64,000 nucleotides of DNA from an uncultured virus (IMG/VR IMGVR_UViG_3300049913_000012) (taxonomy: Duplodnaviria > Heunggongvirae > Uroviricota > Caudoviricetes). The notes beneath the pieces were generated by a model. That model made no database searches. It worked only from the letters and a program-made list of their open reading frames with translations, and was not told where the DNA came from. The DNA is taken from IMG/VR virus record IMGVR_UViG_3300049913_000012. One strand, 5' to 3'. Positions 58,907-64,000 of this stretch are shown here, piece by piece (within the stretch, counting starts at the first letter, position 1; every line of letters begins with the position of its first letter). The position numbers and the translations under genes are program-made.

Positions 58907-60042
58907 ACTATTTCTCCTTTCACCTTATTGTAAATTTCCTGATAGGTGCTCAGGATTTTATCTATATTCTTGTCTATATCCTGAGCCATAGCAAACTCTA
59001 GACCAGAGTCTACTTTGTCTTTTGCTTCCTGATAGTGATCCATGATTGAGTAGATGGCACTCTTCCAATCATAGGAGCTATTCTTGACCCTTGTACCATA
59101 AGCTGCTAGTTCTTCAGTAGGTGCAGCCTTTGTGCCAATCCAGGGAATGCCCATGAGGGTAAACTCTAAGGTCTTTATCCACGATCTACGATTATCGTAT
59201 ACGCCAGATAGCGGAATGAGTCCTAAGTCCCACTCTGCCATGACACTAGGCCACTTCTGAGGCTCGACCCAATCAATAGGGAAGACCTTGGTAGGGATGT
59301 TGATAGCTTCAGGAATACGTCTATCGCCACCAGCTACCCTGATAATAGCATTCTTGCGCTTGGCACATACATCATGTAGAGCGTCAATGAGGCCACTCTT
59401 AGTCCAGCTATCCATGTGTGTCCAGCTACCACCCCACCCAATAACAAACTTAGTGTCCCTACTATCATTTGTTCTTTGCTTTAGTCTCTTGAGAGGTAGA
59501 TACATCGAGGTAGGGATATAGTTTGGCATGAGAAATAAATTGTTGTTGAAGTCAGACCAGTCCTTTAGGATAATAGGAGATGGGCTGGCAACAGCATGCA
59601 CTAGTTTCATGCCCCACTCTAGTTGCTCTATAGGAGGGTTACTCATTTTTGCACTGCGAAGGTTGCCTTCCTTATCTTTGGCTTTGATTATGCCTTCATG
59701 CCAGAAAGGATAGGTTGCTATTGTCTTTGGCATGAGCTTATAGGCATCGTCTACATCTGCAACAACGATCTTGCCTAGAGCCATCAATTCTATGAACCGA
59801 GGAATAGCAGCAGCCAGGATAAGCCTTTCAACAACCACAATATCAGACCAGTCACAGTACTGCTTGGTGTTTCCATCACCATTGACAAAGGTATCGAAGG
59901 GCAGGGTAAGTGCTCTAGATGCACCACTTCCTGATCCACTGGTGTCTGCTAATAGATTGATCGCCAAGGCAGGGTTGAGGCAGCGCCATTGTGAAGTATT
60001 CCATTCTTTTTCATTGTCTGCATAGACAAATAAGATATTCAT
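58903..60042 (-). CDS. GT-B (GT4-like) glycosyltransferase
   Basis: DVDD; IGWGGSWTH..; DLGLIPL...N..RS.IK.LE. Confidence 0.85.
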   Translation of the reverse strand: MNILFVYADNEKEWNTSQWRCLNPALAINLLADTSGSGSGASRALTLPFDTFVNGDGNTKQYCDWSDIVVVERLILAAAIPRFIELMALGKIVVADVDDAYKLMPKTIATYPFWHEGIIKAKDKEGNLRSAKMSNPPIEQLEWGMKLVHAVASPSPIILKDWSDFNNNLFLMPNYIPTSMYLPLKRLKQRTNDSRDTKFVIGWGGSWTHMDSWTKSGLIDALHDVCAKRKNAIIRVAGGDRRIPEAINIPTKVFPIDWVEPQKWPSVMAEWDLGLIPLSGVYDNRRSWIKTLEFTLMGIPWIGTKAAPTEELAAYGTRVKNSSYDWKSAIYSIMDHYQEAKDKVDSGLEFAMAQDIDKNIDKILSTYQEIYNKVKGEIV

Positions 60043-61037
60043 TTGAGTACTCCTTCAATAGCTTCTTTCCATACCTTAGACATCTTGGTCATTTCTCGTC
60101 CTCTAGCAGCATCGTGTCCGTTTCTGGCTATTGTTTTAGCTTCATCAGGGTGGGTAAATAGGTACTCCAAAGCACCATACCATTCATCACTCTCGTGTCC
60201 TACTTCAAAGCCACCTCCAGGCCAGTTAGAATAGACAGGCATTTTGGAGCAGATGTAAGGGATCATCTTAGCACCAGCATCTACTAGTTTGATGTCTGAT
60301 TTAGCTTGGTTGAACTCATTATCTAGCAGAGGAGCCAGCATCACATCCCAAAGGGACAACATTGCGGGATAAACATCGTAGCTAACCATTGGCACAAATA
60401 GCTTCTGCTTCTCTGGGATCCTCTTGAGCATGTTGTAGATTTCTGGGTCGCCAGCAATACACACCATAGCCTGTGGGTACTCTTTGATAAAACGCATGAG
60501 TGGATGCACACACATCTTGAAGTCCTCACGGTGAGTAATCGTACCACCCCATCCTATGATGAAGCGATCTTTGTAGAGTGAGCGCTTGACTAGCCAGTGG
60601 AAATTGTCAGCCGACCAGCCATTAGGAATAACCTTGATGTTCTTGTTGATAGGCAGGAGCCTGTCTCTCAGGATACTGGTGGCTGTAGTTATTAAGCTAG
60701 CTGCATAGATGCAGTTGTCCAGCTTCATTAGGTAGTAAGGATCGCCCTTGCCTACAAATTTGTAGCCTGGGTGTTTCTCTGGGATAGCATGGAAGTCATC
60801 GTCCATATCCACAATTACAGGGATACCTAAGCGCCTATAGGCTGTGATTAGCGAGTCGTGGTGCGGTCTACTAAAGACGATGGCGTCATAGCCCATTAGA
60901 GGTACAAGAGTGCCTTCACGATATTCCAGTGCAGTGAAATCTACCTCGAAGCCTAGCTTATTGAGGTGAAATCCTGGTAACTGGCAACGTACAGCATCGC
61001 TAACTGTACCTTCTCCTACAAAGAGAATCTTGGTCAT
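60039..61037 (-). CDS. GT-B (GT4-like) glycosyltransferase, paralogue of the downstream gene
   Basis: DMDDD; IGWGGTITHRED; APLLDNEFNQAKSDIK. Confidence 0.85.
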   Translation of the reverse strand: MTKILFVGEGTVSDAVRCQLPGFHLNKLGFEVDFTALEYREGTLVPLMGYDAIVFSRPHHDSLITAYRRLGIPVIVDMDDDFHAIPEKHPGYKFVGKGDPYYLMKLDNCIYAASLITTATSILRDRLLPINKNIKVIPNGWSADNFHWLVKRSLYKDRFIIGWGGTITHREDFKMCVHPLMRFIKEYPQAMVCIAGDPEIYNMLKRIPEKQKLFVPMVSYDVYPAMLSLWDVMLAPLLDNEFNQAKSDIKLVDAGAKMIPYICSKMPVYSNWPGGGFEVGHESDEWYGALEYLFTHPDEAKTIARNGHDAARGREMTKMSKVWKEAIEGVLK

Positions 61038-61282
61038 TCAGGCACTTTCCTGTACTTAGTGAATGCTTCTCCACTTTCCCACTCTGTCATAAGCTGGTTG
61101 AAAACACCCATAGTTACATGGGCTGAGCCACCACTATGACCATAGGAAGAGAAGGCTTCCGACATTTTCTCCACTACTGTGCCGAGTTCACCATCATAGT
61201 CGGAGTCGTCATCATACATTCCTAACTCCTTTAGGCGTCTGATGAAGTACTCGTGTCTATTTTCATGCGGATTGCTATCCAT
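61034..61282 (-). CDS. Phage hypothetical protein (GHSGGSA motif)
   Basis: AAGGAG RBS, ATG 61282; EAFSSYGHSGGSA. Confidence 0.65.
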   Translation of the reverse strand: MDSNPHENRHEYFIRRLKELGMYDDDSDYDGELGTVVEKMSEAFSSYGHSGGSAHVTMGVFNQLMTEWESGEAFTKYRKVPE

Positions 61283-61309
61283 TGTATTCTCCTTTGTTAG
61301 TTTAGTTAT

Positions 61310-61449
61310 GCTATGTCGGGGGGAGTGGACTTTCACCACTCTGCCAGCCTAGAGTCTATCTCTTATGAGCAACTGCCACCCGTAGCCAGTTTCCCTCGGA
61401 TAAGGTTTGTCGCTTCCAGGCCAGTCACATCCGACCTCCCCGACATAGT
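61310..61449 (-). ncRNA. tRNA-like structured RNA of about 140 nt
   Basis: Terminal stem CTATGTCGGGG/CCCCGACATAG; T-arm-like GAGTGG-TGAAAGT-CCACTC adjacent to the 3' strand. Confidence 0.5.
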
Positions 61450-61476
61450 ACGACTTTGTAAGGTTCAGCATTCCAG

Positions 61477-61561
61477 CGGAGAGAGCAGGACTTGAACCTG
61501 CATACCTTTTGAGGGGTGAGCTGGTTAGCAACCAGTCGCAATACCATTCTGCCATCTCTCC
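61477..61561 (-). tRNA. tRNA-Ser(GCT)
   Basis: Acceptor GGAGAGA/TCTCTCC+G; anticodon CTGG-TTGCTAA-CCAG; long variable arm; T-arm GCAGG-TTCAAGT-CCTGC; no encoded CCA. Confidence 0.85.
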
Positions 61562-61564
61562 TAA

Positions 61565-61636
61565 TACCTCCAGCGGGACTCGAACCCACATCCTGAGTTT
61601 AGAAAACTCTCGCTCTATCCCTTGAGCTATAGAGGT
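61565..61636 (-). tRNA. tRNA-Arg(TCT)
   Basis: Acceptor ACCTCTA/TGGAGGT; D-arm GCTC..GAGC; anticodon GAGT-TTTCTAA-ACTC; T-arm GTGGG-TTCGAGT-CCCGC. Confidence 0.85.
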
Positions 61637-61637
61637 A

Positions 61638-62184
61638 ATAGACTTTACTTCGCAACACATCACATTGCCTGACATCACTCCACTGAACAAAACTGCACTC
61701 GATACCATAGATATTACTTTACTCTACTGAGCATAGCACCACTCGACTACACAACACAAAACTAAACAGGGCTACACATCGCATAACCTTATTCCATAGA
61801 CCTTACTTTACTCAACTTCGCCAGACATCACACTGCCCAACCTTACTATACTCCACAAGACAATACCTCGTACCATAGACCTGACTGTACATCACACCAC
61901 TGTACCCGACCATGCTCCACCCAACATTACCGCATACCATAGGCTTTACTTTACTCCACCTGACTCCACTATACATTACTAAACCTGGCTTAACTGGGCC
62001 GCATTCCATAGACTGAGCCTTACTCCGCAAAGCCTCACGTCACCAAACAAAACCAAGCTCCGCACTACCTGATACCATAGACCTTACTTTACTGCGCTAG
62101 ACATCACTGCACTAGACCAAACTAAACCGAGCCTTACCAAATTCCATAAGCTTTACTTGACCTTGCATTGCCATACCGCACCCA
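61638..62184 (-). repeat. Pentamer-coded guide-like array: [CTATGGWAY + (NN-DGY) x 11-16] x 7 plus a 7-pentamer leading partial unit
   Basis: Parsed by hand: 96 pentamers, 95 ending in GY; full units of 69,69,69,64,79,89,69 nt in transcription order. Confidence 0.92.
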
Positions 62185-62190
62185 TCAGCA

Positions 62191-62505
62191 CTAGGCCTTG
62201 AGCCTCGGAAGTTTCTTAGCATCCAAAACTTTCACTAATGGTACATCGGGCAAACTCAGTTTGATATATTGCTCAAGTTGAGCCTTGTCTGTAGCTAACT
62301 CACGAGCCATGTTGAAATATACTGCTTCCTGAGCACGTTCAGCTTGCTTTAGGCGTGACCATGTGGATAACACCGATGATGCCAGACGAGCAGTGTCGAT
62401 GTCTGTATCCATCAACTCATCGCCTGGACTTAAGAATACCTTGCGTAGAGCCGATACTGCTGGTTCTACAAGGACTTCGAGTTTATCGCTGTCTTTCATA
62501 ATCAT
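62191..62505 (-). CDS. 104-aa helical accessory protein between the RAMP gene and the array
   Basis: AAGGAGG RBS; ATGA overlap with the upstream gene. Confidence 0.75.
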   Translation of the reverse strand: MIMKDSDKLEVLVEPAVSALRKVFLSPGDELMDTDIDTARLASSVLSTWSRLKQAERAQEAVYFNMARELATDKAQLEQYIKLSLPDVPLVKVLDAKKLPRLKA

Positions 62506-63113
62506 CCTCCTTTGCTATTCTTGGTGTCGTGCCAGTCGATTACAATGAACCGACCATGTTCAGGACGCCATGATCCAATACCAACCAAGATACCAGCTTC
62601 TTCAAGAGCAATACGTACTTGCTCTGGACTTCTGCGTGGATCAAGAACATTCAGAGTAAATGATGCAACCCATCCAGTCCTAAAGGCTGGTCGATAGATC
62701 ATACACGCTCCACCAGTTTTGGGAGGGCGTTTGCCTGGATGTTCGTGCATATAATCAAATGGCAATTCCCTTTGTGATGGTATTTCTTTTATGTAATCAG
62801 GTGTTGCGGGAGTGATATAGATCAGCCCCTCTACAAACACTGTGGCGATTAGATAAGGAGCAATATTCTTGCGTCCTTCCTTGAGATTGCCTGCCCTAGC
62901 ACCCGCAGCCATGACTTGCTTGAACATCCAGCTAGGAATATGAGCCTTGCCATTCTCATCAACAGGACATTTCTGGATAGCATCTTCACGCCACACTGAG
63001 TCTGGAATCTTGCCTCCACCTATACCACCCTGAAGAGCTAATAATTCTTTAGGGGTCATACGATTGAACAGTAAATCTGCTGTTCCTTGCAACTTACCTG
63101 TTATTTGATACAT
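62502..63113 (-). CDS. Stand-alone Cas7/RAMP-superfamily-like protein (Vipr-like)
   Basis: N-terminal strand ITGKLQGTADLL, HIPSWMFKQVM, YRPAF..W..SFTL and Gly-rich loop AGILVGIGSWRPEHGRF. Confidence 0.78.
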   Translation of the reverse strand: MYQITGKLQGTADLLFNRMTPKELLALQGGIGGGKIPDSVWREDAIQKCPVDENGKAHIPSWMFKQVMAAGARAGNLKEGRKNIAPYLIATVFVEGLIYITPATPDYIKEIPSQRELPFDYMHEHPGKRPPKTGGACMIYRPAFRTGWVASFTLNVLDPRRSPEQVRIALEEAGILVGIGSWRPEHGRFIVIDWHDTKNSKGG

Positions 63114-63124
63114 ATTTCACCTCT

Positions 63125-63430
63125 TTACCTTTCTTTTACTTCTGCCATTTGTGGATTGTCATACAGGATCATCATGACCCCATAAGCTATAGCATCAACT
63201 AAACTCTCACTGATCTTATCTATCCCAGCGTGAGTTAGAATGCCATGAATAGTCTCATGCCAGATTGTCTGCATCTCAGCTTGATAGGGCAGAGAGTCAT
63301 CAATGGCTATTTCACACTCGCCATATTTGATATGCCCATCTAGCCTCCGACCATCAGGGTGTCTCAATTCGTGTTCTCTAATTACCTGAAATATAATCCC
63401 GCCAATCTTTATCTTATCTACTCTTGTCAT
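63125..63430 (-). CDS. HExxH metallopeptidase-like phage protein
   Basis: KIKIGG..F.V...LDG.I.Y....IAID...QTIWHETIHGI. Confidence 0.65.
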   Translation of the reverse strand: MTRVDKIKIGGIIFQVIREHELRHPDGRRLDGHIKYGECEIAIDDSLPYQAEMQTIWHETIHGILTHAGIDKISESLVDAIAYGVMMILYDNPQMAEVKER

Positions 63431-63499
63431 GCTGCCTCCCTTCTTTGATCTTACGAACAATCTCATCAACTACCCACGCAAAGAAAATCACAAGTGCCA

Positions 63500-63964
63500 T
63501 TACACCAAGGAAGTCCATAGCCACCTCGTTTTCTCATCAGCTATGGTGATGACATCTTTGATCGCATAAAGCCACTCATAGATTGAGGCTGCGGTGTGCC
63601 ATTCTGTAATATAAGAAAGGCACTTTCTTGCTCCCGCTTCTCCATGTTGGAGATCAATATGGCAACGACCAGGATGGCAGATAACAACATTGCAAGGTAC
63701 ATATATCTGCATCTGCCACTCGAAGGGCGCTCCATCCACTTCACCTCTGGTAATGAGCCATTCATGTAAGTCTCCTTCCTTGAGATACTCACCACAATTG
63801 GGGCATTGTGTTGCCCAGGTCTGATAGTGCTTCTCTCCCATGCGTACCATCTTGTTTCGCTGGTAGAAGACCTCTGCTTTCAACTGCCTTCTTGCTATCC
63901 CTAAGAAATCGCTTCGCTCTCTTGCTAATACTGAAAACTTGGTAATTGTATTCGAGGAAGTCAA
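63500..63964 (-). CDS. HNH-like Zn-finger endonuclease (start uncertain)
   Basis: CPNCG...LHE...CNVVICH..RCH. Confidence 0.55.
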   Translation of the reverse strand: MTSSNTITKFSVLARERSDFLGIARRQLKAEVFYQRNKMVRMGEKHYQTWATQCPNCGEYLKEGDLHEWLITRGEVDGAPFEWQMQIYVPCNVVICHPGRCHIDLQHGEAGARKCLSYITEWHTAASIYEWLYAIKDVITIADEKTRWLWTSLV

Positions 63965-64000
63965 GGATGCAGGAACATTGATATATGGTAAGGTCGTAGC

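Noticed and set aside
61349..61708. 119-aa ORF
   Set aside because: Overlaps two well-formed tRNAs, the array end and a structured RNA
61812..62030. 72-aa ORF (V/G/Y/S/W-rich)
   Set aside because: Translation artefact of the pentamer array; 5-nt periodicity is not codon-based
61638..62184. Canonical CRISPR array
   Set aside because: The junction repeat is only about 9-19 nt and non-palindromic, the 'spacers' are themselves 5-nt periodic, and no cas1/cas2 is present in the window

Overview
This window is a 64-kb segment of a large tailed dsDNA phage (Caudoviricetes, siphovirus-like gene order). A Pro/Thr-repeat secreted protein weakly suggests a Chloroflexota-type host. Layout: (1) 1-4.2 kb is an AT-rich leftward cassette of small genes (including a NADAR protein) with many intergenic hairpins. 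(2) 4.4-48.3 kb is a rightward morphogenesis operon: terminase, portal, scaffold, major capsid, head-tail proteins, tail tube, -1 frameshifted tail chaperones, a 3548-aa protein in the tape-measure slot, tail tip/fibre proteins and holin-like genes. (3) 48.3-64 kb is a leftward arm with a large glycosyl/methyl/acetyl-transferase cluster, a sortase-like protein, a GH25 endolysin and two tRNAs. The most notable system is at 61.6-63.1 kb: a stand-alone Cas7/RAMP-like gene, a 104-aa gene, and a non-CRISPR array of 7 full units plus 1 partial unit built from NN-DGY pentamers. Read as gapped codons, the variable dinucleotides spell recognisable protein motifs, including a tyrosine-integrase motif, which suggests RNA guides with a gapped, wobble-skipping code (VIPR-like). 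Other highlights: the tape-measure protein carries two-barrel RNA polymerase motifs and a Cas4/RecB-like nuclease; the 12-bp palindrome CTCGCATGCGAG occurs at least 9 times in three reading frames; and a TSGS peptide recurs in outer virion proteins as a candidate glycosylation sequon. All family assignments are by eye from motifs; no database searches were run.
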